A stretch of DNA of 64,000 nt from Candidatus Saccharimonadota bacterium (lineage in GTDB: Bacteria > Patescibacteriota > Saccharimonadia > Saccharimonadales > Saccharimonadaceae): assembly GCA_017510985.1 (NCBI GenBank), contig JAFWLR010000001.1, positions 1,384 through 65,383 of the forward strand. The letters are read 5' to 3'. This document shows positions 47,899-58,536 of this stretch, in pieces. Below the pieces are notes generated by a model. The model was not told the DNA's origin and searched no databases. It saw nothing but the letters and a program-made list of their open reading frames with translations. Made by a program: the position numbers and the translations under genes. How positions within the stretch are numbered: the first letter of the stretch is position 1; each line of letters opens with the position of its first letter.

Positions 47899-48456
47899 AT
47901 GAAGAGGATAAATAAAAATAAGTGGTTATGGTGGAGCGGGGGATTGGTTTTAATTTTGGTGATAGTAGCTGTGGTGGCGGGAGTGGTAATGGGGCAAAGT
48001 GGCCAAGATAGTGAGCGGAATGATGAGGATAATAAAAGTGAAGTGGAAAAGATAGAGCAAAAAGAAAAGGAAGGACAGAGTGAAAAAACGGAAAGCGAGA
48101 AGAAAGATGAGGAGGTGGCAAAGCAGCAACAGGTAACACAGTATGAAGGGGAAGACCCAAATGTTTTGGAAGAGTTAACTGGGACAGTGACTTATGCGGG
48201 TGTAAATAATGGAGTTTTGATGATAAGGGTAAGTGTTGACCAGTATGTGACGGCGGGAAATTGCGAGTTGACTTTGAGCCAGAATGGGAATATAATATTT
48301 AGTGATACAGCTGATGTAATTGGCGATGTATCGACGGCGACCTGTAGAGGGTTTGATGTGTCGGTAGGTGAGCTTGGGGGAGGAAAGATGGATATAACGA
48401 TAAACCTGAATGCGGATGGTAAAAATGGTGTAATCCGCGGAGAGGCAAACATTTAA
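47899..48456 (+). CDS. Membrane-anchored hypothetical protein
   Basis: TM helix, charged linker, C-terminal beta domain with two Cys. Confidence 0.7.
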   Translation: MKRINKNKWLWWSGGLVLILVIVAVVAGVVMGQSGQDSERNDEDNKSEVEKIEQKEKEGQSEKTESEKKDEEVAKQQQVTQYEGEDPNVLEELTGTVTYAGVNNGVLMIRVSVDQYVTAGNCELTLSQNGNIIFSDTADVIGDVSTATCRGFDVSVGELGGGKMDITINLNADGKNGVIRGEANI

Positions 48457-50018
48457 TGAAAATGCGGAGAAGTAGACAAAATTGGTTTGTGATGCTGGGG
48501 GTGTTTATGATGGTGTTTGCGTTTACGTTTTTAGTACAAAGGTTTAATAGCAGCAATGAAGTGGATGCGGCAAATATGGGGGCGTTTGATCCGGGGTATA
48601 TTATTTCGGATTATCAGATGGGAAATTATGGGTCAATGAATGAGGGGCAGATTCAGGCGTTTTTGAAATCTAAGGTGAATTGTAACGATACGGCAACTTG
48701 GCAGACGGGGAATAATGTGGGGTATTTGTCGGAATCGACACCGTATTCTTGGCATGTAGCGGGTGGGCATTATGTATGTATGGCGGATGAGAATTTTAAC
48801 GGGGAAAGTGCGGCGCATATTATTTGGCAGGCGGCACAAGACTACCGGATAAACCCGCAAGTTTTGATTGTGCTTTTACAAAAAGAACAAGGGCTAGTGA
48901 CGGATTCTTTCCCGAACAGTGTACAATATCGTTCGGCGATGGGATATGGATGTCCGGATACGGCGGCGTGTTCGTCTAAATATTATGGATTTCGGAATCA
49001 GGTGCGAAATGCGGCGGCGTTGTTTAGGGAAGTGCTGGATGGGGGATGGACGAATTATCCTTTGGGAAATAACTATGTAAGATATAATCCGAATGCGGCT
49101 TGTGGGGGATCTACGGTGAATATCCGATCTTTAGCAACTTCAGCGCTGTATCGATATACACCGTACCAGCCGAACGGGGCGGCACTTTCGTCTTCTTATG
49201 GTGGAGGTGATGGATGTTCGGCGTATGGGAATAGGAATTTTTATAGTTATTTTGAGGATTGGTTTGGGGGGATAACGAGGGACGATTGGCCGGATTTGTC
49301 TGTGGTGATGGCAAGTAATAGGGTAGAAAGCGTAGAGAGTGATTTGGATTTAGAATACCAAACACATATTCAGCATTACGGTTGGCTAGGGTGGGTTGAT
49401 GGCGGGTCAATGGCAGGGACGGCTGGATTTTCGGCGAGAGTGGAGGCGTTGCAAATTAAATTAAAGAATGAAAATGGGATAGAGTATCGGGCACATGTAC
49501 AAGGTGTTGGGTGGATGGATTATGTGAAGGATGGTGCAGTGAGTGGGACAGTGGGTCAGGGTTTGAGAGTAGAAGCAATACAGGTGCGATTAACTGGAGA
49601 AGTAGCGAAGAGATTCGATGTGTATTATCGGACACATGTACAAGGTGTTGGTTGGATGGATTGGGTAAAAAATGATGATGTTTCGGGCACTATAGGACAA
49701 TCTAAACGAATAGAAGCAATACAGGTGCGATTAGTATTGAAAGATTTGGGGTTGGGGCCAAATTATTCTGTGCACACACAGACGTTTGGGTGGATGAATC
49801 AAGTGAAAAATGGTGAGATTGCTGGCACTATAAGACAATCTAAACGAATAGAAGCAATACGAATAGAATTGCCTGATGAGATTGATGGAGAAATAAGATA
49901 TAGGGTTCATGTACAAGGTGTTGGTTGGATGGATTGGGTAAAAAATGGGGAAATGGCAGGTACTACTGGGCAATCTAAAAGAGTGGAAGCAATAGAAATT
50001 GAGTTGGTTGAAAAATAA
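48456..50018 (+). CDS. Secreted protein with C-terminal clostridial hydrophobic W (ChW)-type repeats
   Basis: Signal peptide; INPQVL...LQKEQ.L, GYGCPD, LYRYTPY domain; five Y..HVQ..GW...V...G..G....EA repeats. Confidence 0.82.
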   Translation: MKMRRSRQNWFVMLGVFMMVFAFTFLVQRFNSSNEVDAANMGAFDPGYIISDYQMGNYGSMNEGQIQAFLKSKVNCNDTATWQTGNNVGYLSESTPYSWHVAGGHYVCMADENFNGESAAHIIWQAAQDYRINPQVLIVLLQKEQGLVTDSFPNSVQYRSAMGYGCPDTAACSSKYYGFRNQVRNAAALFREVLDGGWTNYPLGNNYVRYNPNAACGGSTVNIRSLATSALYRYTPYQPNGAALSSSYGGGDGCSAYGNRNFYSYFEDWFGGITRDDWPDLSVVMASNRVESVESDLDLEYQTHIQHYGWLGWVDGGSMAGTAGFSARVEALQIKLKNENGIEYRAHVQGVGWMDYVKDGAVSGTVGQGLRVEAIQVRLTGEVAKRFDVYYRTHVQGVGWMDWVKNDDVSGTIGQSKRIEAIQVRLVLKDLGLGPNYSVHTQTFGWMNQVKNGEIAGTIRQSKRIEAIRIELPDEIDGEIRYRVHVQGVGWMDWVKNGEMAGTTGQSKRVEAIEIELVEK

Positions 50019-50072
50019 TAAAAAGATTCATTAGTACATTGGGATTAAAATGTGTCGTGTTATAATTTAAGT

Positions 50073-51422
50073 ATGCGTAAATGTGATATTATTATACCGA
50101 TATATAATGCATATGATTGTTTAGGTGAATGCATCGATAGTGTATTAAAATATACAGATTTTAACAAGGCGCACTTAGTCTTGATCGATGATAAAAGTCC
50201 TGACGATAGGGTTTTGCCGTTATTGAAAAAATATAAAGTAAAATATAAAAACAAAATTACCTTGCTGAACAATGAGGAAAATTTAGGATTTGTAGCTACA
50301 GTTAATAAAGGTATAAAACTTTCGAAAAATGATGTAGTTTTATTAAATTCTGATGCCGTGGTATCTAAAAATTGGCTTGAAAAAATGGTGATGTGTGGAG
50401 AGAAAGATAAAAATATTGCAACCGTTACGCCGCTTGCTAATAATGTAACGCCGGTTGGCTTGCCAGAGAGTTTTAGGAAGAGGGGTTTTCCGGAAAGTTA
50501 TAATTTTGAAAGAATGGCAAATTTGGTGGAAAAATATTCAATGCACTTATACCCTGAGGTCCCATCAGCCCATGGTTTTTGTATGTATATAAAAAGAGAA
50601 GCCGTTAAGAAAGTTGGATATTTTGATGAAAAAACTTTTGGTAAGGGTTATGGTGAGGAAAACGATTTTTGTTTTAGATGTTTTGAATATGGTTATTATC
50701 ATGTATTATGCGATGATACTTATGTGTTGCATAAGGGGTCGCAGTCTTTTTTGGATAAAAAGAAGTTTCACGATGACGAATTGAGACAAAAACATCCTTT
50801 TGTGAGAGCAAGAGTTGATGCCTGGTATCAAAAACAGGATTTGAAAAAGATAGTCGATAACGTAGTTTTAGCGGTTGGTGTAGAGGTAAATAGGGTAAAT
50901 GTATTGATTGTGGCTTATGATGAAATTACTATGAAAACACAAAAAGTGATCGATGAATTAAGGGGAGAGTATAATTTTCATATTTTAGAGCAAAATGGTG
51001 GGTATTATACAGTACATTCATTTTTTAAAGACGTGGATTTAATGACTGCAATTTTTGAAAAGACAGTAGCGTTTTGGGGTGATGGGCGGAATTTTGGTGA
51101 ATACAAGAGAATGTTTAATGAGGTAAAAAATACTTTTGGTATTTCAGTGGTGGATTTTTCTTGTTCAATTAATAAAGAATTATTATTAGATAAATGTAAG
51201 AGATGCGGGAAGAAAACGAGACTTGATTTTGAAAAGCTTCAAAGAAAAATGTTGGAATATGATTTTGTGATGAGTATATTGAAAGGGATTGAAATGAAAA
51301 AAGATGAGGATATAAAATTAGAACAGAGGTTGACTGAAGAGAGAAAAAAAGAACGGATAGAGCAACTGACTATATTACAGAGGATTTATTTGAAAATAAG
51401 ATATATATTGATCGGTAGATGA
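50073..51422 (+). CDS. GT2 glycosyltransferase
   Basis: IIIPIYN, IDDKSPD, NLGF, LLNSD, GYGEENDFC. Confidence 0.9.
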   Translation: MRKCDIIIPIYNAYDCLGECIDSVLKYTDFNKAHLVLIDDKSPDDRVLPLLKKYKVKYKNKITLLNNEENLGFVATVNKGIKLSKNDVVLLNSDAVVSKNWLEKMVMCGEKDKNIATVTPLANNVTPVGLPESFRKRGFPESYNFERMANLVEKYSMHLYPEVPSAHGFCMYIKREAVKKVGYFDEKTFGKGYGEENDFCFRCFEYGYYHVLCDDTYVLHKGSQSFLDKKKFHDDELRQKHPFVRARVDAWYQKQDLKKIVDNVVLAVGVEVNRVNVLIVAYDEITMKTQKVIDELRGEYNFHILEQNGGYYTVHSFFKDVDLMTAIFEKTVAFWGDGRNFGEYKRMFNEVKNTFGISVVDFSCSINKELLLDKCKRCGKKTRLDFEKLQRKMLEYDFVMSILKGIEMKKDEDIKLEQRLTEERKKERIEQLTILQRIYLKIRYILIGR

Positions 51423-51432
51423 TGCATAAATG

Positions 51433-52446
51433 TTATTTTCGTTTAGTTAGCGCGGAGAGTTTTTGAAGTTTACGCATTACCTTGTAGCCTCGACTCTGAA
51501 TGATTTGGTCCAAATCATAACGTAGCTTTGAGAGTTCTTGGTTTTGTTGGTTATATAATTTGATGAGCTCATTATGCTCTAAGTTGATTTGCTGTAGATC
51601 GTTGAAAAAGAGCCCTTCTTGTTCATCTTTAAGTTTAAGAAAATTGAGAATTTCTGGGTCAATATTGTTGATTTTTCTGTAATAATATAGATAGGGTTTT
51701 TGATCGTTGATGAGTGCGTATTTATCATGAGTGTGTCGTTCGCTGATTGGTGGAATTTTATGGTAGTTACCGTATTGATTTTTTAAGTCAAGGTCAAAAG
51801 AACTCGGTACCGGTATAGTGGTATTTTCGAATTGCATGATTATGGGTTTTTCCATGCCGGAAGTATTTTTAATAAAATTAAATCCAGTTGCGAATTCGGC
51901 GGCATATTTTGAGTTATTTAAATTATATTTATAGATTAATTTATCACGCCAGGTCTCAATTTCTTTTTTTGAAAGTTTAGAGATTGTGGGGTAACGATCA
52001 AAAATGAAGGATTTGATAAAGAATTGGTTTATTTCTTTGAGAAAGGCTTTACGATCAGATTTTTGATTTGGGACACCAATGATGGGAAAAATATCAATGA
52101 AAATACCGTAATGTTGATTTTGATTTGAAAATGTGCATTGAGCTTCTAAAAAAGTAGTATTGGTATTGTGCACCTTGCCGCCGAGGAGATGCAAGGGTGA
52201 AAACTTATAAGGCTGAGGAAGCTCTTTTTTACATACTTGGACAAATTTATTAAAATCATCAATTGGCATGCCTAAATCGATATCGTCATCCCATGGTATG
52301 AAACCTTGGTGGCGGACTGCGCCAAGAGCAGTACCACCTACTGCGTAAAAACGAATTTTATTTTTTTCGCAGATTTTTTTTATCACTGTATATATTTTGA
52401 GAAGTTCTTTTTGGGTTGAACTAAGCTTGTGGCGTGTAGAAGTCAT
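51433..52446 (-). CDS. LicD-family phosphotransferase
   Basis: GGTALGAVRHQGFIPWDDDID, IDIFP. Confidence 0.92.
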   Translation of the reverse strand: MTSTRHKLSSTQKELLKIYTVIKKICEKNKIRFYAVGGTALGAVRHQGFIPWDDDIDLGMPIDDFNKFVQVCKKELPQPYKFSPLHLLGGKVHNTNTTFLEAQCTFSNQNQHYGIFIDIFPIIGVPNQKSDRKAFLKEINQFFIKSFIFDRYPTISKLSKKEIETWRDKLIYKYNLNNSKYAAEFATGFNFIKNTSGMEKPIIMQFENTTIPVPSSFDLDLKNQYGNYHKIPPISERHTHDKYALINDQKPYLYYYRKINNIDPEILNFLKLKDEQEGLFFNDLQQINLEHNELIKLYNQQNQELSKLRYDLDQIIQSRGYKVMRKLQKLSALTKRK

Positions 52447-52862
52447 TTGTTTTTGCCTAGACGTTTTTTAATTTCGGTAGTGGAAATATCTGGAGTACGA
52501 CTGAGGTATTTAACTTTGCAAATATTTTTGAGGTACTCGAAACGATCGCTGCCGGCCCAATCACTACCCATAACCACAATGTCTGTATGATATTTTTTGA
52601 CATCGTTTGCTTTTTGTTGCCAGGTCTCTTCTGGGAAAACTTGATCGACACAACGTAAGGCTTCTAGCATTTCTTTACGGAAATCATAACCATAGAAGGG
52701 GCGTTTGTTTTTTTCTTGAGCACAGAATTCGTCGGTAGAAAGACCAACATATAATCTATCACCAAGGGCTTTAGCGCGTTCTAGCAGACGGATGTGCCCA
52801 TAATGTAGAATGTCGAAAGTGCCATAAGTAATAACTATTTTTGGCTTAGGGTTTTGTTTCAT
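52443..52862 (-). CDS. tagD: Glycerol-3-phosphate cytidylyltransferase-like
   Basis: ITYGTFDILHYGH, GLSTDEF, MGSDW, RTPDISTT. Confidence 0.88.
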   Translation of the reverse strand: MKQNPKPKIVITYGTFDILHYGHIRLLERAKALGDRLYVGLSTDEFCAQEKNKRPFYGYDFRKEMLEALRCVDQVFPEETWQQKANDVKKYHTDIVVMGSDWAGSDRFEYLKNICKVKYLSRTPDISTTEIKKRLGKNK

Positions 52863-52952
52863 ACTTTAATTATACTATAAATATTGAAATATCTGAAGGT
52901 CAATGTATACAGTTAATAGACTTTTTGAGGATTTTTTGATAGAATTAGTGAG

Positions 52953-55118
52953 ATGGAGAGAGATTTTAAAACTCTACTGAGAAAAAGTGGAAAGACGTTG
53001 AGAGAAGACGGAATCGGGGTTTTTTTGGTGAAAGCCAAAAACTGGACGGTTTTTCGATTAAAACATCGGAAGCGAGAAGAGGTAATGAAGGATATCTTGT
53101 TTATTAATGGCTGTGGGTTATTGCATCCTGAAAGATATCGGGTAGACCATCAGATTGAACAACTAGAGGCGAATGGGTTGACGGTGGATAAGGTATATTA
53201 TACGGAAGTTAATCCTAAAATAGTTAAGTTTTATAGAGGAATAGTGATTTTCCGTTGTCCAATAACTGAGTCGATTGATGAGTTAATTGGTAAGGCGAAT
53301 TATTTCAATAAGAGAGTATTTTTTGATGTGGATGATTTAGTAATTGATACAAAGTATACTGATGATATTAAATATGTGCGAGAGATGGATGTTGATGAGC
53401 GCAAAACTTATGATGAGGGAGTGATAAAAATGGGGATAACAATGAAAAAATGCGATTATTTAATTACGACGACTAGGGCTTTAGCAAGAGAGCTGAAGAA
53501 ATATGGAAAAGAGGTGTTTATAAATAGAAATACTGCTAGCGAAGAGATGGTAAAACTGTCATTGGAAGCTGTGCGTAAAAATAAAAGAGATATAGACGAG
53601 ATCGTGATTGGATATCTGAGCGGGAGTATTACGCATAATCCGGATTTTGAGTTGGTTAAACCAGCTTTAATAAAAATTATGGATGAGTTTTCAAACGTAA
53701 AATTATGCGTTATGGGGCATCTTGATCTGCCCGAAGAATTGAAGAGATTTGAACATAGGATAATTCGAAAACCTTTTACGAATTGGAAAAAATTGCCAGA
53801 GGTGATTGCTTCATTAGATGTTAATTTGGCGCCGATTGAAAGGACAATCTTTAACGAAGCTAAGTCGGAAAATAAATGGATGGAGGCAGCATTGTGTAAG
53901 GTGGTTACTGTGGCTTCGGATTTTGGAGCGTTTAAAGAAGTGATTAAAGATGGTGTGGATGGTGTACTTTGTAAAACTGGCGAAGATTGGTATAAGGGAA
54001 TAAAAGAAGTAATTTTAGATGAAAGTTTAAGGAAGAAGATGGCTGAGAACGCCTATAAGAAAGCAATGAAGGAATATATAACTACGTATTCTGGTTTGAA
54101 TTTAACTAGATTTATTGAATCTAAATTGGCAAAAAATATTGCCTTTGTGTTGCCTTCAACAAATATTAGCGGCGGGGTAAATGTAGTGTTGAAGCATTGT
54201 GATATATTAAGACAAAATGGTTGGGATGTCATGATAATAAATATGGATGTAGAGGACGATAATTTAAAAAATGATGCTGGAGAAATAAATGTAGTAAGTG
54301 GTGTGAGGCATAATTTAATGGCAAGATTTGATAGAATGGTGGCAACTCTTTATACTACTTTAGCTTATGTAAAAACATATGCAGATGTGAAGAAGAAATT
54401 ATATTTAGTACAAAATTTTGAGACTGACTTTGGGGATTATGGAAACGATGCAAAAAAAATAGCAAATGCAACCTATAATGCTTTTGATGATATTCATTAT
54501 ATTACAATTTCTGAATGGTGTAAAAATTGGCTAAAAAAAGATTATGATAAGAAAGCAAAATTTGCCCCAAATGGAATAGACTTAGATAAATTTGAGTGGC
54601 GAGATCGAAAGTTTGGTGATAAAATAAAAATTTTAGTTGAGGGGAACTCAGATGATTATTATAAAAATGTAGATGAAAGTTTTCGAATAGTAGATAAATT
54701 GGATAAGAGTAAATATGAAATTACCTATTTATCATATCAAGGAGAGCCAAAAAAATGGTATTATGTGGATAAATTTTATCATCGAGTGCCACATGATGAA
54801 GTGGGGAAAATATATGGGGGCTGTGATATCTTACTTAAAACAAGCATTTTGGAGAGTTTTTCGTATCCGCCATTAGAGATGATGGCAACGGGTGGGTATG
54901 TAGTGGCAGTACCGAATGAGGGAAACATGGAATATTTGAAGGATAGGAAAAACTGTTTGTTTTATGAGCAGGGGGACATTGAGCAGGCAGTGGAAAAAAT
55001 AATGGAGTTAATAAAAAATGAAGAATTAAGAAAGAAGTTAACAGAGAACGCGAAGAAGACGGTGGGGGAAAGAGATTGGAGTAAGATTGAAAAAAAGGTG
55101 CTGGAGCTGTATAAATAG
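52953..55118 (+). CDS. Two-domain GT-B (GT4-like) glycosyltransferase
   Basis: DVDD, KSENKWMEAA, SGGVNV, ESFSYPPLEMMA. Confidence 0.88.
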   Translation: MERDFKTLLRKSGKTLREDGIGVFLVKAKNWTVFRLKHRKREEVMKDILFINGCGLLHPERYRVDHQIEQLEANGLTVDKVYYTEVNPKIVKFYRGIVIFRCPITESIDELIGKANYFNKRVFFDVDDLVIDTKYTDDIKYVREMDVDERKTYDEGVIKMGITMKKCDYLITTTRALARELKKYGKEVFINRNTASEEMVKLSLEAVRKNKRDIDEIVIGYLSGSITHNPDFELVKPALIKIMDEFSNVKLCVMGHLDLPEELKRFEHRIIRKPFTNWKKLPEVIASLDVNLAPIERTIFNEAKSENKWMEAALCKVVTVASDFGAFKEVIKDGVDGVLCKTGEDWYKGIKEVILDESLRKKMAENAYKKAMKEYITTYSGLNLTRFIESKLAKNIAFVLPSTNISGGVNVVLKHCDILRQNGWDVMIINMDVEDDNLKNDAGEINVVSGVRHNLMARFDRMVATLYTTLAYVKTYADVKKKLYLVQNFETDFGDYGNDAKKIANATYNAFDDIHYITISEWCKNWLKKDYDKKAKFAPNGIDLDKFEWRDRKFGDKIKILVEGNSDDYYKNVDESFRIVDKLDKSKYEITYLSYQGEPKKWYYVDKFYHRVPHDEVGKIYGGCDILLKTSILESFSYPPLEMMATGGYVVAVPNEGNMEYLKDRKNCLFYEQGDIEQAVEKIMELIKNEELRKKLTENAKKTVGERDWSKIEKKVLELYK

Positions 55119-55128
55119 GAGTTGAGGT

Positions 55129-56187
55129 GTGAAAAAAGTATTATATATAGTGAAAGATAAAGAAAATGCACAGTTTCGTTACCGAGTAAAAAATGTAGCA
55201 GAAGTGGTGAGTGAAGATGGGCGATGGGATGTAGAATGGCATCTTGGATCAGAAATTAAAAAACTAAAACCTGAAAAATATAGTTTGGTGGTGATTTTGC
55301 GACAAACAGCCAAAGATAATGTAGCGCTTGATTTTATTCAAAAAGCTCAGGCAAGTGGAGTGAAAGTTTTGTTTGATTTGGACGATTTGATTTTTGATTA
55401 CAAGGATTTGCTGTTATTGATGAAGTCGACAAATAGTAGAAATATATTTTATTGGGTGGGATATTTTTGGGGGATACGGCGGATTGCGAAAAAAGTGGAT
55501 GGGTTTTTGTGTACTAATGAATTTTTGGGGGAAAAACTAAAGCAAAGTTTTAAGAAACCATATCGGGTGGTTCCGAATTCTTTGAACCGGAAACAATTAG
55601 AGATATCAGAGAAAATTATAACGAGGAAGAAAGGGGCAAAAAGAAAAGACTTTGTTGTTGGATATTTTAGTGGATCGCCGACGCACGTAAGGGATTTTCG
55701 GATGGTTGAACCGGAGCTGATAAAGTTTTTGAAAGCGTATGATAATGTGAGGCTTAGAGTGGTGGGGCATATGGAGTTTTCATCGGCAATGAGAAAATGG
55801 GTAGAGGCGGGGCGAGTGGAATTTTTGGAATTGGTGGATTATTTGAAGTTGCAGAGGTTGATGGCGGAAGTAGATGTGAATATTGCGCCGCTAGTGATCA
55901 ATGATTTTACGAATTGTAAATCGGAACTGAAGTTTTTTGAAGCAGCGGTGGTGGAAACGACGACGATTGCGTCACCTACATACGCCTTTGAGAAAGCGAT
56001 CACGGATGGTAAAAATGGTTTTTTGGCGCAGCCGGGTGAGTGGTACGATAAATTGGAATATTTGTACCAACATCCGGAGGAAAATCGGAAGATTGCGCTA
56101 GCGGCGAAAGAATACGCATTAAAGCATTATTATGGTACAGAGTTTTTGAAGGAAGTGGAGGCGGCTTATGACTACTTTGCCAAATAA
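55129..56187 (+). CDS. GT-B glycosyltransferase
   Basis: FDLDD, GYFSGSPTH, CKSELKFFEAA. Confidence 0.85.
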   Translation: MKKVLYIVKDKENAQFRYRVKNVAEVVSEDGRWDVEWHLGSEIKKLKPEKYSLVVILRQTAKDNVALDFIQKAQASGVKVLFDLDDLIFDYKDLLLLMKSTNSRNIFYWVGYFWGIRRIAKKVDGFLCTNEFLGEKLKQSFKKPYRVVPNSLNRKQLEISEKIITRKKGAKRKDFVVGYFSGSPTHVRDFRMVEPELIKFLKAYDNVRLRVVGHMEFSSAMRKWVEAGRVEFLELVDYLKLQRLMAEVDVNIAPLVINDFTNCKSELKFFEAAVVETTTIASPTYAFEKAITDGKNGFLAQPGEWYDKLEYLYQHPEENRKIALAAKEYALKHYYGTEFLKEVEAAYDYFAK

Positions 56188-57031
56188 AAAAGTGTCGGTG
56201 GTGGTGCCGAATTATAATTATGCGCGATATATTAAGCGAAGGCTAGAATCGGTAGTACGGCAGACGTACCCGATTTATGAGTTGATAGTGCTGGATGATG
56301 CGTCGTCGGATGAGAGCGTGAAACTGATTAGGCAAAAAATTGCGGAGGTGAAAAGACGATATCCGAAGTTAAGAGTGCGAATTGTAGAAAATGAGAAAAA
56401 TTCGGGTAAGGCAATAGCAGCCTGGAAGAAGGGAATTGAACTGGCTAAGGGTGATTATGTATGGATAGCGGAGGCAGATGATTTGTGTTCGCGAGGGTTT
56501 TTGAAAGAAGCAATGAAGGGGTTTGAAGATCCTGAAGTAGTGCTGTCGTATACGGAATCGGCAATCATAAACGGGGTGGGGTTGATGATAGCACCAAACT
56601 TTCGGTGGTCGCGGGATAAGGAAAAAACTGGACATTATGCCCGAAACTATGTAAGAGATGGGCGTGAAGAAGTAGAGGAGATTATGGCGATTCGGTGTAC
56701 AATTCCAAATGTATCGGCGGTGGTGTTGAAAAAAGATAAAAGGTATTTGAAATATTTGGATGAGAGTTTGAAATTTACGCAGGCGGGAGATTGGTATTTT
56801 TATGCGAAAGTATTAGAAAATGGAAAAATTGCATATAATCGTAAAGCGTTGAATAAATTTAGGATACACGGTGGGAGTGTGACGGCAGGAGCAAAAAATG
56901 TAAAGCGACATTTGCAAGAGATTGAAGAAATGCACGAGTATTTCAATAAAAACTATAAGTTGTCGAGCGTGGTGGAAGAACGGATGGAAGCTGAAATGGA
57001 ACGCGTAAAAGAAAGATTGAAAAATAAATAG
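56168..57031 (+). CDS. GT2 glycosyltransferase
   Basis: VSVVVPNYN, LDDASSD, WIAEADD, GDW. Confidence 0.9.
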   Translation: MTTLPNKKVSVVVPNYNYARYIKRRLESVVRQTYPIYELIVLDDASSDESVKLIRQKIAEVKRRYPKLRVRIVENEKNSGKAIAAWKKGIELAKGDYVWIAEADDLCSRGFLKEAMKGFEDPEVVLSYTESAIINGVGLMIAPNFRWSRDKEKTGHYARNYVRDGREEVEEIMAIRCTIPNVSAVVLKKDKRYLKYLDESLKFTQAGDWYFYAKVLENGKIAYNRKALNKFRIHGGSVTAGAKNVKRHLQEIEEMHEYFNKNYKLSSVVEERMEAEMERVKERLKNK

Positions 57032-57094
57032 GCTGGCTAGTCGTTAACTTCGGTTAATTATGGTATAATTAAGTAAAGTAACAGGGAGTTGTGT

Positions 57095-57979
57095 ATGAGA
57101 GGAATTATACTAGCTGGGGGATCGGGGACTAGGCTTTATCCGTTGACGTTGGGAACTTCTAAACAGATGTTACCAGTATACGATAAACCGATGATTTATT
57201 ACCCTCTATCTACGTTGATGCAGGCTGGGATTCGAGATATTTTAATAATTTCAACGCCAGATGATTTGCCGAATTTCCAGAGGTTACTAGGTGACGGCAA
57301 GTCAATGGGGCTAGATCTGTATTATACAGTGCAGCCATCGCCAGATGGGTTGGCGCAGGCGTTTATACTGGGTGAAGAATTTATTGGTGAGAACGCTTGT
57401 GCAATGGTGTTGGGCGACAATATTTTTTATGGATCAGGGTTTGGGAATAAATTGAAAGATGCGGCAAAGAAAGCAGAGGAGGGTAGAGCAACGGTGTTTG
57501 GCTATCACGTGACGGACCCGGAAAGATTCGGAGTGGTGGAATTTGATAAAGACTGGCACGCGATTTCGATTGAAGAAAAACCAGAGAAACCAAAAAGTAA
57601 TTACGCGGTAACGGGTCTATATTTCTATCCGGCGGGGGTGTCGGAAAAAGCAAAGCAGGTTAAGCCCTCGGCGCGGGGCGAGCTAGAAATTACAACGCTT
57701 AATGAAATGTATCTGAGAGAGGGGAATTTGGACGTACAGTTACTAGGTAGAGGCTCGGCGTGGCTGGATACGGGGACGATGGATTCACTAGCGGATGCAT
57801 CAGATTTTGTGAGAGTAGTGCAAAAACGGCAAGGGATTCAAATTGCAGCGCTGGAAGAAGCAGCATATAAAAATGGCTGGATTACAAAGGAAGAGTTGCT
57901 GGTGTCGGCGAAGAAATATAAAAAGTCATCTTATGGGCAACATTTGTTTAAGGTGGCAGAAGGGAAAATGTGGGACTAA
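57095..57979 (+). CDS. rmlA: Glucose-1-phosphate thymidylyltransferase
   Basis: [35 protein letters not shown]. Confidence 0.96.
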   Translation: MRGIILAGGSGTRLYPLTLGTSKQMLPVYDKPMIYYPLSTLMQAGIRDILIISTPDDLPNFQRLLGDGKSMGLDLYYTVQPSPDGLAQAFILGEEFIGENACAMVLGDNIFYGSGFGNKLKDAAKKAEEGRATVFGYHVTDPERFGVVEFDKDWHAISIEEKPEKPKSNYAVTGLYFYPAGVSEKAKQVKPSARGELEITTLNEMYLREGNLDVQLLGRGSAWLDTGTMDSLADASDFVRVVQKRQGIQIAALEEAAYKNGWITKEELLVSAKKYKKSSYGQHLFKVAEGKMWD

Positions 57980-58536
57980 TGGGAAAATTTAAATTTAGTA
58001 AGACTGCAATTCCAGACGTGTATGTGATAGAACCAACGGTGTTTGGTGATGAGCGGGGGTATTTTATGGAAACCTATAGTGAGGCGGATTTTAAGGAAGC
58101 AGGGCTTAATTATAAATTTGTACAAGACAATCAGTCGTCGTCGCGGCGGGGAGTTTTACGAGGACTACATTTTCAAAAAACGCATCCACAAGCGAAGTTG
58201 GTACGAGTGCTTTCTGGCGAGGTGTTTGATGTGGTGGTGGATCTAAGGGAAAATTCGACGACTTATGGCAAATGGGTAGGAGAGTTATTGTCGGCGGAGA
58301 ATCATAAACAGTTGATGATTCCCCGAGGATTTGCGCATGGGTTTTTGGTAGTGAGTGAAACGGCGGAGTTTGCGTATAAATGTGACGAATTTTACCATCC
58401 GGAGGATGAGGGTGGAGTGATGTATGATTCGTGTGGAATTGAGTGGCCGGAGATTGAAGGGGAACTAGTGTTATCGGAAAAGGATTTGAAGCACCCGAAA
58501 CTGGCGGAGTTAAAATTTAAATTTAAGGAGGTTTAA
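57979..58536 (+). CDS. rmlC: dTDP-4-dehydrorhamnose 3,5-epimerase
   Basis: DERGYF, QDNQS, RGLHFQ, GFAHGF. Confidence 0.95.
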   Translation: MGKFKFSKTAIPDVYVIEPTVFGDERGYFMETYSEADFKEAGLNYKFVQDNQSSSRRGVLRGLHFQKTHPQAKLVRVLSGEVFDVVVDLRENSTTYGKWVGELLSAENHKQLMIPRGFAHGFLVVSETAEFAYKCDEFYHPEDEGGVMYDSCGIEWPEIEGELVLSEKDLKHPKLAELKFKFKEV

